Assembly: GCA_963555815.3 (NCBI GenBank)
Contig: CAUVWX020000002.1
Span: forward strand, 96,001 to 160,000
Reading direction: 5' to 3'
Source of the DNA: a bacterium
GTDB lineage: Bacteria; UBA8248; JACPRG01; G963555815
Length of the DNA stretch: 64,000 nt
Shown: in pieces, positions 17,319 through 27,294 of the stretch
Position numbering within the stretch: the first letter of the stretch is position 1
Layout: the number at the start of each line of letters is the position of its first letter
Notes under the pieces: generated by a model
Databases searched by the model: none
What the model saw: the letters and a program-made list of their open reading frames with translations, nothing else
What the model was told of the DNA's origin: nothing
Program-made: the position numbers and the translations under genes

Positions 17319-20300
17319 GTGCTTTTTGTGGGAGTACAGGCAAAGGAGACTTTTTGGGTGAGCCCTGAGCCCCGCGCGCTGATCCACGCCCTATTGCGAT
17401 CCGCCGGACGACGTGTCCGGGCCCTCTTGGCGGCGCAGTCTGCCCTGTGGGCTCTCACCTTGGGCTGTCTCCTTCTCCTCCTTGGAATCGGAGCCGAGGC
17501 CCTGAAGAACCTCTGGCCCTTCTCGCCGCCCGTCTTTACAGGGTTTGCCCTGGTGGTCATGGGCTGGGCCGTCTTTCGCACACTCTATTTGGCTCTCAGG
17601 TCGATTCCGGCGGACCACGTGGCCTTCCTCATTGAGCAGGTGCACCCGGAGCTCAAAAACGCTCTCATCAGCTCAGTCCAGTTGACGGCAAAGGAGTCCC
17701 CATCCTCTGCGTCTTCGCCGGACCTATTGCGGGCCCTCCTTGAGAACACCTCTGAACAGGTCGGGGGTATCCGTCCCCAGGTGGCGGCCGACCGAAGCCG
17801 CCTGAGGCGACCCCTTCTCGCTGCGGTCTCGGCCGGTGCCGTGACCCTCGCTGTGGGTCTTCTCACGCCGGGTGTCCTGAAAGGGTCCGTTGACCTTCTT
17901 CGCCATCCGGTGGCCAGCATACCTTCTCAGGCCATTGTCCTCGAGGTCTCCCCGAAGGGCGAAAAGGTCCTCCTGGGCGGGAGGGTGAAGATACACGTGG
18001 AGGTTCAAGGGCGCCTCCCCAAAGACGTTTCGCTCGAGCTTCTTCCCGAGACAGGTGCCCCTGAGAGGGTGAAGATGAGCTCTGCGCAAAGGGCTAAATT
18101 CTCTTACGAGACAGGTCCTGTCCGGTCATCCTTCACGTACCGGGCCTTCGCCGAGGGGCACTCCTCTCCCACTTACCAGATAGACGCCATTCCACCCCCG
18201 GTCATTGAAGTTTTGAGTCTGCACTATCTCTACCCCCGGTACACCGGTCTCGCTCCCGATGTCCAGGAGGGAAGGGGCGACGTTCGGGGCCTGAAGGGGA
18301 CAGAGATTACGTTGGAGCTCCAGGCCAACAAGCCGGTGAGGGCCGGTCGGATTGTCTTCGGCTCGGGAAATGAGTTTCCCTTGGAGGTATTAGAGGGGCG
18401 GAACCTCAGGGGGCAGTTCCTCCTCCTCGAAAATGACGACTATCGAATCCTCTTGGAGGATCAGTGGGGCTTTGAGAATCTGGAGCCGGTTCGCTACCCC
18501 ATCGAGATCATCCCGGACGAGTTCCCGGCCATAGAGCTTATTTTCCCGACCGACGAAGTCTTTCAGGTGGACTCGAGGGAGGTCATTCCGATGGGCTACG
18601 TTGCCCGCGACGACTTCGGCATCGGGGACATCCGCGTCGTGGCAGAGGGGTCTGGTGTGGGCCGTCGCGAGGACGGGATCAGCCGGGCGGAGGGGGCCAG
18701 ACGCCTGGAGAGCGGACAGCATGAGTGGGATCTAGGGGGTCTCCCGATCCAGCCGGGGTCTGTTCTCAGGGTGCACCTGGAGGCCAAAGACAACGATCAG
18801 ATTTCTGGTCCCAAGGTGGCGGTTTCCCGATCCTTTGAGGTTCGGGTCAGCAGCCCCCACGAGGATCACCAGAACGTCAGAGAACTCCAGCGGGAAATTG
18901 CCGAGCGCCTCATCGGTCTCCTGGGGGACCAGCTGGAACTGGAAGAGGATGTGGAGGACCGCCTGGAGAAGGAGGCGGCGGGACAAACACCCGTCCTCCC
19001 TCCAGAGGAGGCGGACCAGTTCTCGGAGCGAGCGGAGCATATCGAGCAGGGGGTCAAGGAGCTCCTCGCCCAGATCGGCCGGACCCTCCAGCAGGTGGCC
19101 CGGGATCCCCTCAGCGGTTTTAACGCCTTTACGGACCTCAACACCCTGAGGTCAAACCTCTCCTACCTCAGACGCGAGATGATACCGAGGGCGAGGCGTA
19201 CTCTGGAGAAGAGGGTTCCAGGTCTGGAAGCGGCCTCGCCCAAAGGCGAAGACCAAAGGTCGTTGCTACAAAAGTTCCAGCAGGCCCAAAAGGAAGTCAC
19301 GGCTGAGTTGGAACGGATGGCCCTCCTGGCCGACGACATCGGAAAGCGGTCGGGGATTCAAGACCTGGCCAATATCGGCGAAAGACTCGCCCAGGCCCAG
19401 AACCAGTTGCTGGACGCCTTTGATCAGGCTCTCAGGGAAGGAAGCCTCCAGGCCCGCGAGGCCCTCTCCGAGGCCCTTAAGAAAGTCGAGGAACTCCTTC
19501 AGGAACTGGCCAGGGGTTTTCAAAACCTTCCTATCCAGCTTCCTGATGAATTCCTCAACAGCCCCCTCGGGGAATTGGCGGATCTCGGCGACCTCTCACA
19601 GAGGCTTCAGGAGATCCAGCGGCATCTCGAGGCGGGGGCCCTTGAGGAGGCCCGGCGCCTGGCCGAGGAGCTGATCCAGTCCCTGTCTCAGATGATTGCC
19701 GCTCTGCAGGGCGCCATCGGAGAAGCGCTGGCAGGGTTCTCTCAACAGTTCGGGGAGTCGGCGGGCCGCGAGGCTGGCGTCCTGGAGGAGCTTCTGAGGC
19801 GACAGCGCGCCATCCTGGAGGAAACTCAGGACGTGGAAGGCCCTCTTCGCGAGCGGTTGTACGGAGTTCAGGAGGAGGGCTACGAGGCGGCAATGGGGCA
19901 GGGCGAAGAGGCACTGGACCGTCTGGATCAACTCTCGCGTGAGGTCCCAGAAGGGGTCCTTCCTCTGCGGAGCCCCCTTCGAGGTGTGGTGGGAGAGCGG
20001 GCAAATACGCTTGAAGAGTCCCTGGAGCAGCAGAAAGTGCCGGAGGCGGTGAAGGGGGCCCGGGCCCTGGCGGAGTTGTCACAGGAGATTGCCAGAAGGC
20101 TAGAAAGTGTGACCCTCGACGGTCAGCCTCTTGCACTCCGGGATGAGGCTGTGGCGCTGGCGGAGGAATTTCGTTCCCTGGCGAGGGACCTCGAAGGGCT
20201 TCCCAAAGACCCTCGGCTCTTCCTCACGCCCGAGGAGGGGACGCAACTCACTGAGCTTGAAGAAGAGCAGCGGGCCGTCCAAGAAGAGACCGACACCGTG

Positions 20301-20777
20301 CACCGTCACCTGGAAGAGCTCTCCCGCGTTCTCCCTTTCATCGGCCCAGAAGTTCTTCAGAACCTGAAATTAGCGAAGGAGGCCATGGGGAAGGCCGCAG
20401 GCCATCTGTTGGAGCAGGAGACCCGTGAGGCCATTCCCCCGGAACAAGAGGCCGTCTATCGGTTGTCTCGGGCTCGGAGCAATACGCAAAGGGCCATGGG
20501 GCAGCTCGCCCGTCGGGGCCGCTTCGGAGCGAGCCCGGCGCCCGGCCTCGTTCAGCCCGGGGGCTCGCCTTCTCTGGGCTTTCGCTATCGGCCCCCGACT
20601 GGCCCGGAGGAGGGAGGTCGGACAGGGGTGAGTGCCCGCGATTTTCAACTCCCCGCCAAGGACGCCTACAAGGTGCCGAAGCTCCACCGGGAAGAGGTCG
20701 TTGAAGCCCTGAAAGGGAAGTACCCGCCCGCTTACAAGGAGCAGATCGAGCGGTACTTCAAGAACCTCGTAGAATGA
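17319..20777 (+). CDS. DUF4175-like membrane/coiled-coil protein
   Basis: N-terminal TMs, Ig-like region with ARDDFGI, long Glu/Gln coiled coil, C-terminal P..Y...I..YF. Confidence 0.8.
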   Translation: MLFVGVQAKETFWVSPEPRALIHALLRSAGRRVRALLAAQSALWALTLGCLLLLLGIGAEALKNLWPFSPPVFTGFALVVMGWAVFRTLYLALRSIPADHVAFLIEQVHPELKNALISSVQLTAKESPSSASSPDLLRALLENTSEQVGGIRPQVAADRSRLRRPLLAAVSAGAVTLAVGLLTPGVLKGSVDLLRHPVASIPSQAIVLEVSPKGEKVLLGGRVKIHVEVQGRLPKDVSLELLPETGAPERVKMSSAQRAKFSYETGPVRSSFTYRAFAEGHSSPTYQIDAIPPPVIEVLSLHYLYPRYTGLAPDVQEGRGDVRGLKGTEITLELQANKPVRAGRIVFGSGNEFPLEVLEGRNLRGQFLLLENDDYRILLEDQWGFENLEPVRYPIEIIPDEFPAIELIFPTDEVFQVDSREVIPMGYVARDDFGIGDIRVVAEGSGVGRREDGISRAEGARRLESGQHEWDLGGLPIQPGSVLRVHLEAKDNDQISGPKVAVSRSFEVRVSSPHEDHQNVRELQREIAERLIGLLGDQLELEEDVEDRLEKEAAGQTPVLPPEEADQFSERAEHIEQGVKELLAQIGRTLQQVARDPLSGFNAFTDLNTLRSNLSYLRREMIPRARRTLEKRVPGLEAASPKGEDQRSLLQKFQQAQKEVTAELERMALLADDIGKRSGIQDLANIGERLAQAQNQLLDAFDQALREGSLQAREALSEALKKVEELLQELARGFQNLPIQLPDEFLNSPLGELADLGDLSQRLQEIQRHLEAGALEEARRLAEELIQSLSQMIAALQGAIGEALAGFSQQFGESAGREAGVLEELLRRQRAILEETQDVEGPLRERLYGVQEEGYEAAMGQGEEALDRLDQLSREVPEGVLPLRSPLRGVVGERANTLEESLEQQKVPEAVKGARALAELSQEIARRLESVTLDGQPLALRDEAVALAEEFRSLARDLEGLPKDPRLFLTPEEGTQLTELEEEQRAVQEETDTVHRHLEELSRVLPFIGPEVLQNLKLAKEAMGKAAGHLLEQETREAIPPEQEAVYRLSRARSNTQRAMGQLARRGRFGASPAPGLVQPGGSPSLGFRYRPPTGPEEGGRTGVSARDFQLPAKDAYKVPKLHREEVVEALKGKYPPAYKEQIERYFKNLVE

Positions 20778-22393
20778 TGAAACCTCTGAGGTGTCAGACG
20801 GCAATTCTCCTCTTTCTAGCCCTCGTTTTGGGGGTGTGGGGAGGACAGGGCGACCCGGTCTTCGCGGCTAAATCTCTTGAAGCGACACAGGCGCAGGCCG
20901 AAGAGCTTCTTCAGACGTGGCGGGCCAAAGAGGCCCTGGAGCAGGTTGAGATTCTCATCTCGGAGAGGCCACAGGAGGAAGATCTCCTCGTCCTGAAATC
21001 TCAGGCCCTCTTTCATCTGGGCCGATATGAAGAGGCCCTGGAAACGGCTCAGGCGGCTCAAGGGATCTCAACGGACCCTCAGGAATTTTCGTCCTTGGTC
21101 GGTTTCATCGATCAGACCCTTCGGGCCCGGGAGGGGTTTAAGACCTACGAGAGCCCTCACTTTCGTCTCAGCCTGGACCCCGGCCAGGATGGCCTCCTCG
21201 TCGAGATGGCCCTGGAGGCCGCCGAGAAGAGCTATGAGGCCTTGGGGGAGGCCTTGGGTTGGCGTCCTGAGGAGCCCATCCGGATTGAGATCTACCCGAC
21301 GGCCCAGCGATTTCAATGGGCCTCGGGCCTCTCCCGGCGGGACATCGAGGTGACGGGGGCTGTCGGGATCACTGCGTTCAACAAGCTCGCCCTCTTCTCC
21401 CCCCGTGCCCTGGCGAGAGGCTACCGGTGGCTCGATTCCCTCAGCCACGAGTACGTCCATTACGCCCTCATCTTTTTGACCCGCAATAACGCGCCCATTT
21501 GGTTTCACGAGGGGATGGCAAAATTCTTCGAGACCCGCTGGCGCTCTGCCGATCTCACCTACCTCAGCCCGAGTTATCGCACCCTCCTGGCCACCGCCCT
21601 GCAGCACAACGAGTTTGTAAGTTTTGAGGCCATGGAACCTTCTTTAGTGGAACTCCCCAATCCCCGTCAGGTCCACTTGGCATACGCCGAGGGGGCCTCA
21701 GCCGTCGACTTTATCTTGAGGGAGAAGGGCAGGGAAGGGCTCTTGGGCATTCTGAGGTCTCTCTCGGAGGACCCGGAACGCAAGATGGCAGAGGTCATCA
21801 CAGAGAGCCTCCAACAGTCCATGGATGAGTTCGAGGCGAGCTGGAAGGAGGATCTGGGGGGCCAAGGTTTTCGGCCCCTGGAAGGGGTGTGGATTCCTCA
21901 GTACAGAGTGAGGGGTGAGGGTGACCCCTTCGATGAGGCTGAGGAATTCCGGGCCCTCCAGTCGGCGGTCGCCCGAAATCACCTCAGGCTCGGGGACCTC
22001 CTGTTGGAGCGCGGAAGGGTCCGGCCGGCCCTGATGGAGTACGGGCGGGCTCTTGAGCGAAGCCCCGGGTCTCCCTATCTCAGGCGGAAGCTGGCGCAGA
22101 CCTTGCTGTCTCAGGGAAAGGCCGAGCAGGCTGAGACCCATCTGGAGGAGGCCCGGCAGGTGGCCCCCGACTATGTGGCCACCTATACGCTCCTGGGCCA
22201 CCTTCATCTTCGGGCGCAACGGTTTCAGGAGGCGCGGGCGGCCTACGAGGAGTCCTTGCAGATCAACCCCTTTGACCCCAGCGTCCATGAGGGCCTGGCC
22301 CTGGTCTATCGCGAGCTGGGGGAGGAGAAGAAGGCGAGGGACGCCGAGGAGGCCCATCAGCGTCTCCTCCGCTCCCTGAGGCAGGGGTCATGA
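20774..22393 (+). CDS. TPR-repeat protein with peptidase MA (gluzincin)-like domain
   Basis: Signal peptide, TPRs, HEYVH and WFHEGMA. Confidence 0.82.
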   Translation: MMKPLRCQTAILLFLALVLGVWGGQGDPVFAAKSLEATQAQAEELLQTWRAKEALEQVEILISERPQEEDLLVLKSQALFHLGRYEEALETAQAAQGISTDPQEFSSLVGFIDQTLRAREGFKTYESPHFRLSLDPGQDGLLVEMALEAAEKSYEALGEALGWRPEEPIRIEIYPTAQRFQWASGLSRRDIEVTGAVGITAFNKLALFSPRALARGYRWLDSLSHEYVHYALIFLTRNNAPIWFHEGMAKFFETRWRSADLTYLSPSYRTLLATALQHNEFVSFEAMEPSLVELPNPRQVHLAYAEGASAVDFILREKGREGLLGILRSLSEDPERKMAEVITESLQQSMDEFEASWKEDLGGQGFRPLEGVWIPQYRVRGEGDPFDEAEEFRALQSAVARNHLRLGDLLLERGRVRPALMEYGRALERSPGSPYLRRKLAQTLLSQGKAEQAETHLEEARQVAPDYVATYTLLGHLHLRAQRFQEARAAYEESLQINPFDPSVHEGLALVYRELGEEKKARDAEEAHQRLLRSLRQGS

Positions 22394-23412
22394 CGGATTT
22401 TCAGAAGAACGAGGGGGATCTGGCAGACATTGAGGCCATCAGACGAGGCCGAAAGGAAATCCTCCGGGAGATCCGAAAGGTCATCGTGGGCCAGGACACC
22501 GTCATCGATGAACTCCTCATTGCCCTCTTTGCCCGCGGGCACTGCCTTCTGGTGGGGGTCCCGGGTCTCGCCAAGACCCTCCTCATTAATACGTTAGCCC
22601 AAGCCCTGGACCTAAAATTCTCCCGAATTCAGTTCACGCCGGATCTGATGCCCTCCGACATCACGGGGACAGACATCCTCCAGGAGGATCCGGAGACGGG
22701 CCGTCGCCATTTTCATTTCCTCAAGGGGCCCCTCTTTGCCAACATCCTGCTGGCCGACGAGATCAACCGCACCCCACCCAAGACCCAGGCAGCGCTCCTT
22801 CAGGCTATGCAGGAGTATCGGGTCACGGCCAGCGGCAAGACTTATTCACTGGACCTTCCCTTCTTCGTCCTGGCGACCCAGAACCCCATCGAGCAGGAGG
22901 GGACCTACTCCCTGCCCGAGGCCCAGCTGGACCGCTTCATGTTCAACCTCCACATCGACTATCCCTCCCATGAGGAGGAGGTGGAGATCGTCAACCGAAC
23001 CACCTCAGCCGACCCCCCCAAGGTAGAGGCCGTGGGGGTTGCCCGCGAGATCTTGGCCCTTCAGTCTCTCGTCCGCAGGGTCCCGGCGGCCGATTACGTG
23101 GTCCGTTACGCCGTGAATCTCGCCCAAGGCACCCGGCCTGATCAGCCCGGCGCCCCAGACTTTGTGCAAAACTATGTGAGCTGGGGGGCGGGTCCCCGGG
23201 CCTCTCAGTATCTCGTCCTGGGGGCCAAGGCGAGGGCCATTCTGGACGGCCGATTTGCGGCGGCTGTGGAGGATGTTCGCGCCCTCGCCCCCTCGGTCCT
23301 GCGCCATCGCATCCTCACGAACTTCAACGCCGAGGCGGACAGGGTCAAGGCCGATGGAATTGTGGAGAAGCTCCTGGAGATCGTCGAACCCGAGGCGGCA
23401 CTTCGCCGCTAG
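22390..23412 (+). CDS. moxR: MoxR-family AAA+ ATPase
   Basis: GVPGLAKT, RIQFTPDLMPSD, DEINR, ATQNPIEQEGTY.LPEAQLDRF. Confidence 0.95.
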   Translation: MTDFQKNEGDLADIEAIRRGRKEILREIRKVIVGQDTVIDELLIALFARGHCLLVGVPGLAKTLLINTLAQALDLKFSRIQFTPDLMPSDITGTDILQEDPETGRRHFHFLKGPLFANILLADEINRTPPKTQAALLQAMQEYRVTASGKTYSLDLPFFVLATQNPIEQEGTYSLPEAQLDRFMFNLHIDYPSHEEEVEIVNRTTSADPPKVEAVGVAREILALQSLVRRVPAADYVVRYAVNLAQGTRPDQPGAPDFVQNYVSWGAGPRASQYLVLGAKARAILDGRFAAAVEDVRALAPSVLRHRILTNFNAEADRVKADGIVEKLLEIVEPEAALRR

Positions 23413-23457
23413 GGCCTTGCTTGGGTCCGATCGCTTGCCGGGAAGCCCGGGTCTTCC

Positions 23458-24327
23458 ATGAAATATCTCGACCCCAATCTGCTCAATCGCGTCGCGCGTC
23501 AGCAGTTTGAGTCACGCTTTGTCATGGCAGGCAACCTCTCCGGACTCCACCGCAGCCCCTATCGAGGGTTCAGCGTAGAGTTCACGGCCCACCGTGAATA
23601 CGCCCCGGGAGACGAGCTTCGACATCTGGACTGGAAGATCTATGGCAGATCGGATCGTTTCTTTGTCAAGGAGCACGAGGCCGAGACCAACCTCAAGGCT
23701 TTCGTCTTCCTCGATGTGAGCGGCTCTATGGCCTATGGGGATGGGCAGACCAAGTTTGACTACGGCTGCCATCTGGCCACGGCCCTTACCTTCCTTTTCC
23801 TCAAGCAGGGGGACCAGGTCGGTCTCGTCCTTTTTGACGAAGGGCTCCGCCGCCATCTCCCCCCGAGCGGTCGTCGGACCCAGCTCCTCTCGGTGGCCGA
23901 TGCGCTGGAAAGAGAGGCCCCCTCAGGAAAGAGTGGAGTTGTGCGAGCCCTTCAGGAGACCGCCGCGAATGTGAGCCACCAGGGTCTCGCCGTCGTCATC
24001 TCTGACCTCCTGGAGGAACCCCAGGCGGTCATGAAGGCCCTCAAGCTTTACCGCCACAAAAGATTCGAGGTGGTGGTCTTTCACCTTCTCCACGCCGACG
24101 AGGTGGATTTCCCCTTTGACGGGGTGATTCGGTTTGAGGATCTGGAGCTCCCCCGACGGGTCACTGCCGACCCCAAGGCCATCGGCGGGAATTACCGCAG
24201 GCTCGTCTCTGACTACGTTCAGGAATATCAGACCCTTTGCCGAAGAGAGGGCATCGACTATCAGCTCTTTCGCACCGATGTCCCCCTCGAGACGGCCCTC
24301 GTTCGCTACCTGGCCTCGAGGGGTTAG
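23458..24327 (+). CDS. DUF58 domain (vWA-like) protein
   Basis: G.HRS..RG.SVEF..HREY.PGD..R.LDWK, DVSGSM. Confidence 0.93.
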   Translation: MKYLDPNLLNRVARQQFESRFVMAGNLSGLHRSPYRGFSVEFTAHREYAPGDELRHLDWKIYGRSDRFFVKEHEAETNLKAFVFLDVSGSMAYGDGQTKFDYGCHLATALTFLFLKQGDQVGLVLFDEGLRRHLPPSGRRTQLLSVADALEREAPSGKSGVVRALQETAANVSHQGLAVVISDLLEEPQAVMKALKLYRHKRFEVVVFHLLHADEVDFPFDGVIRFEDLELPRRVTADPKAIGGNYRRLVSDYVQEYQTLCRREGIDYQLFRTDVPLETALVRYLASRG

Positions 24328-24354
24328 AACCGGGTGACCTAAGGCTAGAAAGAG

Positions 24355-26478
24355 ATGCCTCTTCAATTTCTCAACCCTATCTTCCTGTGGGGAGCCGCAG
24401 CGGCGGCTGTCCCCATCCTGATCCACCTCATCCGCCGCAGGAAGACCCGGACGATCCGGTTCGCCATGCTGGATTTCATCCTCCAGTCCCAGAAGAAAAT
24501 GGCCCGCAGGTTTCAGCTCAAGGAGTGGCTTCTGCTGGCCATTCGGACCGGCCTGATCCTGGGGCTCGTCGGCCTTGGGGCGCACCCGGTGTTCTCCCTG
24601 TCCCCCGATCCCGGTTTCCCCGGTCCCCCGGGGAGAGGGCCGACTCACCTCGTCGTTATCTTGGACAATTCTATGAGCATGAGCTTCGTCGAAGGCGAAA
24701 TAACGCGTCTTCAGACTGCTCGGGAGTGGGCGAAGGAACGCCTAGGATCTCTTCGCAGAACCCAGATCGCTGTCCTCTCCACAGGGCCTAGTGGGCAGGG
24801 GTTGCCCCAATTCCAGGATGCCCCCTCGGCCATCGCCACCCTCGATGCGGTTTCGCCCTCTCACGGGGAGGCCGATATCCTGGGTGCTTTCAGAAGGGCC
24901 TATGGCCTCTTTCGGTCTATCTCTGGAGCCGACAAGGAGATCCTCCTTCTCACAGACGGGGCGAACACGGGTTGGGACACCTTTTCTATCGGGAATCTGA
25001 AGACGGTGGACCCTGATGTGAAAATCCGCCTCGTCCGCTTCGGGAAGAAGGAGGGGGACCCGAACGCGGCTATCCTCTCTTTGCGCTTGAAGGAGGAGAG
25101 GGTGGCCAGAGGGGTCGCGGCGACTCTCCTGGTGCGGGTAAAGAACTTCGGTCTTCAAGCGTTGAGGGACTTCGTCTTGGAACTCCACGTGGGGGGACGA
25201 AAGGTGGATGAGCGGGCCCTTCGGCTGGGTCCGGGCGCCGAGGAGGACGTGACCTTTGAATCTGTCTTTGGAGAAACCGGAGAGATCCCGGGCACTGTCC
25301 GGCTTCGCTCAGACTCCCTTGCCGAGGACAACACCCATCACTTCGCCCTCTTTGTCCGGGAGCCCCCCCGTGTCCTGGCGGTGGACGGAGATCCAAAAAC
25401 CTCTCTTCTGGGGAGTGAGACTTTTTATCTTTTGAACGCCCTCGACCCGGCTGGCGTGACAGAGGCCCCCAGGTTTCGAGTCCGCTGGGTGACGCCGGAG
25501 GGTCTGGATGGTGAGGATCTCGGTGATCATGACGCCGTCATCCTGGCCAACGTCAGCGAGGTCCCGGCGTCGGTCCGGGCGGCGCTCAGCGAATTTGTCT
25601 GGGGCGGAGGGGGCCTCCTGTTTTTCCTGGGAGACCGAGTCTCTCCGGAGGGATATAATAGAGATTTCGGTGAGTCGGATCTTCTTCCCGCTCGATTCCT
25701 GAGCGTTCAGACGAGAGGGGAAGATGCCCCGGAGAGCGTCGGGGAGATGACGGCCTCACATCCAGCCCTTAGGGCCTTTGAGGACCTGGGGCTCGAGGCC
25801 TTCTCGGGTGTTCGGGTTTGGCGCTACTTCGCCCTGGAGGAAAGGGGGGGGGCGCGGAGTCTCCTTCGCCTGGAGGGAGGGTCTCCCCTCCTGGTGGAGC
25901 GCTTGCTGGGAAAGGGCCGGGTCATGGTCTTCGCCTCGACGGCCGACCGGGACTGGAATAATTTTTCCATCCAGGCGCCCTACCTTCCCTTCATCCAGAA
26001 TCTCCTCCTTTATTTGGGTTGCCGGGGTTGCCCGGAGGGAGAGCTCCCCAGGGCCCTTGCCGAAGACCTGCCGGTGGGGGAGGAAAAGGAGATCGTGCTT
26101 GCCCCCCATCTGGTAGGCCAGGAGGTCACGGTGGAAGATCCCGAGGGCCGAAGGGAGGGGTTTCTGGCCTCTGGGGAGGGTCAGGCCAGGGTGGTCTACC
26201 GGGCGACCCACCGGCCGGGGATCTACCGGGCCCGCTGGGTGGGCGGGGCCACCACTTTTTCCGTCCATCCGCCCGCCCAAGAATCCGATCTGACCCCCAT
26301 CGAGCCCGAGGAGCTGAAGAAGAAATTTGGCCGCCTTCCCCTGGAAGGGCTCTGGCGTCACGAGTTGCCTGAGAATTACAATCCCTGGCAGAGGGCGCAG
26401 CGGGATCTCACGTCTGCCTTCCTTTGGGTCCTGTTTGGGCTGCTGGCGGTCGAAATTGTCGTGGCGAACCGGTTCTGA
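24355..26478 (+). CDS. BatA and vWA domain membrane protein
   Basis: FLNP.FLWG...PILIHL N-terminus, DNSMSM MIDAS motif, LLTDG, C-terminal TM. Confidence 0.88.
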   Translation: MPLQFLNPIFLWGAAAAAVPILIHLIRRRKTRTIRFAMLDFILQSQKKMARRFQLKEWLLLAIRTGLILGLVGLGAHPVFSLSPDPGFPGPPGRGPTHLVVILDNSMSMSFVEGEITRLQTAREWAKERLGSLRRTQIAVLSTGPSGQGLPQFQDAPSAIATLDAVSPSHGEADILGAFRRAYGLFRSISGADKEILLLTDGANTGWDTFSIGNLKTVDPDVKIRLVRFGKKEGDPNAAILSLRLKEERVARGVAATLLVRVKNFGLQALRDFVLELHVGGRKVDERALRLGPGAEEDVTFESVFGETGEIPGTVRLRSDSLAEDNTHHFALFVREPPRVLAVDGDPKTSLLGSETFYLLNALDPAGVTEAPRFRVRWVTPEGLDGEDLGDHDAVILANVSEVPASVRAALSEFVWGGGGLLFFLGDRVSPEGYNRDFGESDLLPARFLSVQTRGEDAPESVGEMTASHPALRAFEDLGLEAFSGVRVWRYFALEERGGARSLLRLEGGSPLLVERLLGKGRVMVFASTADRDWNNFSIQAPYLPFIQNLLLYLGCRGCPEGELPRALAEDLPVGEEKEIVLAPHLVGQEVTVEDPEGRREGFLASGEGQARVVYRATHRPGIYRARWVGGATTFSVHPPAQESDLTPIEPEELKKKFGRLPLEGLWRHELPENYNPWQRAQRDLTSAFLWVLFGLLAVEIVVANRF

Positions 26479-26488
26479 AGGAGATGGC

Positions 26489-27280
26489 TTGAATCGGCGA
26501 AGGTTCTTAAAAGTGCTGACAGGGGCGATGGCTTGGCCTTGGGTGGAAAATCTTGTGGTCCCTCGTCTGGTTCTGGGCCAAGGCTTGGGAGTTGACGACG
26601 CAGCCCGCAGCCCAGAGAATTTCGTCTTCGCCCAACTTCAATACCGAGGGGGTTCCTGGGATCCGCACCCCCTGGCCTATCCCACGCTGCTTCAGGAGGT
26701 CATGGACCGCACGAGTGTCGAAGCTGACCTGCAGCGCAAGATTCTGCGGCCGGGGGACCCCCAGATCTTTTCCTATCCCTTTCTCTATCTTGCGGGCGCT
26801 GAGGCCTTTGAGCCGTTCAGCCGGGAGGAGCGAACCCTCCTTCGGAGGTTTCTCGAGAGCGGCGGTTTTCTCCTGGCCGATGACGCCGCCGGTGTTGTCG
26901 AGAGCGGCTTCGACGCCTCCTTCCGGGAGGAGATGCGAAACCTCTTTCCCCAAATCGATCTTCAGCGTCTTTCCTCTAATCACACGGTTTTCCGAACCTT
27001 CTATCTCGTAAAGCAAGTCGCCGGGCGGCGAATCGTCCGCCCCTATCTGGAGGGGATCACCATCGGGGACGTAACACCCGTGATCTATGCTCGTAACGAC
27101 CTTGGCGGGGCCTGGGAACGAGACCTGGCTGGACACTGGCTATACCCCTGCGAACCCGGCGGAGAGCCGCAGCGCCGTGAGGCCTTCAAATTGGGGGTCA
27201 ACCTCGTGCTCTACACCCTGACGGCTACCTACAAGGATGACGATATTCACACGCCTTTCATCAGACGGCGCGTGGGATAG
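26489..27280 (+). CDS. DUF4159 domain protein with Tat-like N-terminus
   Basis: TTG start after AAGGAG; NRRRFLK; YPFLY, GGFL.ADD, NDLGGAW, LGVNL. Confidence 0.88.
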   Translation: MNRRRFLKVLTGAMAWPWVENLVVPRLVLGQGLGVDDAARSPENFVFAQLQYRGGSWDPHPLAYPTLLQEVMDRTSVEADLQRKILRPGDPQIFSYPFLYLAGAEAFEPFSREERTLLRRFLESGGFLLADDAAGVVESGFDASFREEMRNLFPQIDLQRLSSNHTVFRTFYLVKQVAGRRIVRPYLEGITIGDVTPVIYARNDLGGAWERDLAGHWLYPCEPGGEPQRREAFKLGVNLVLYTLTATYKDDDIHTPFIRRRVG

Positions 27281-27294
27281 CGGATGGGATCGCC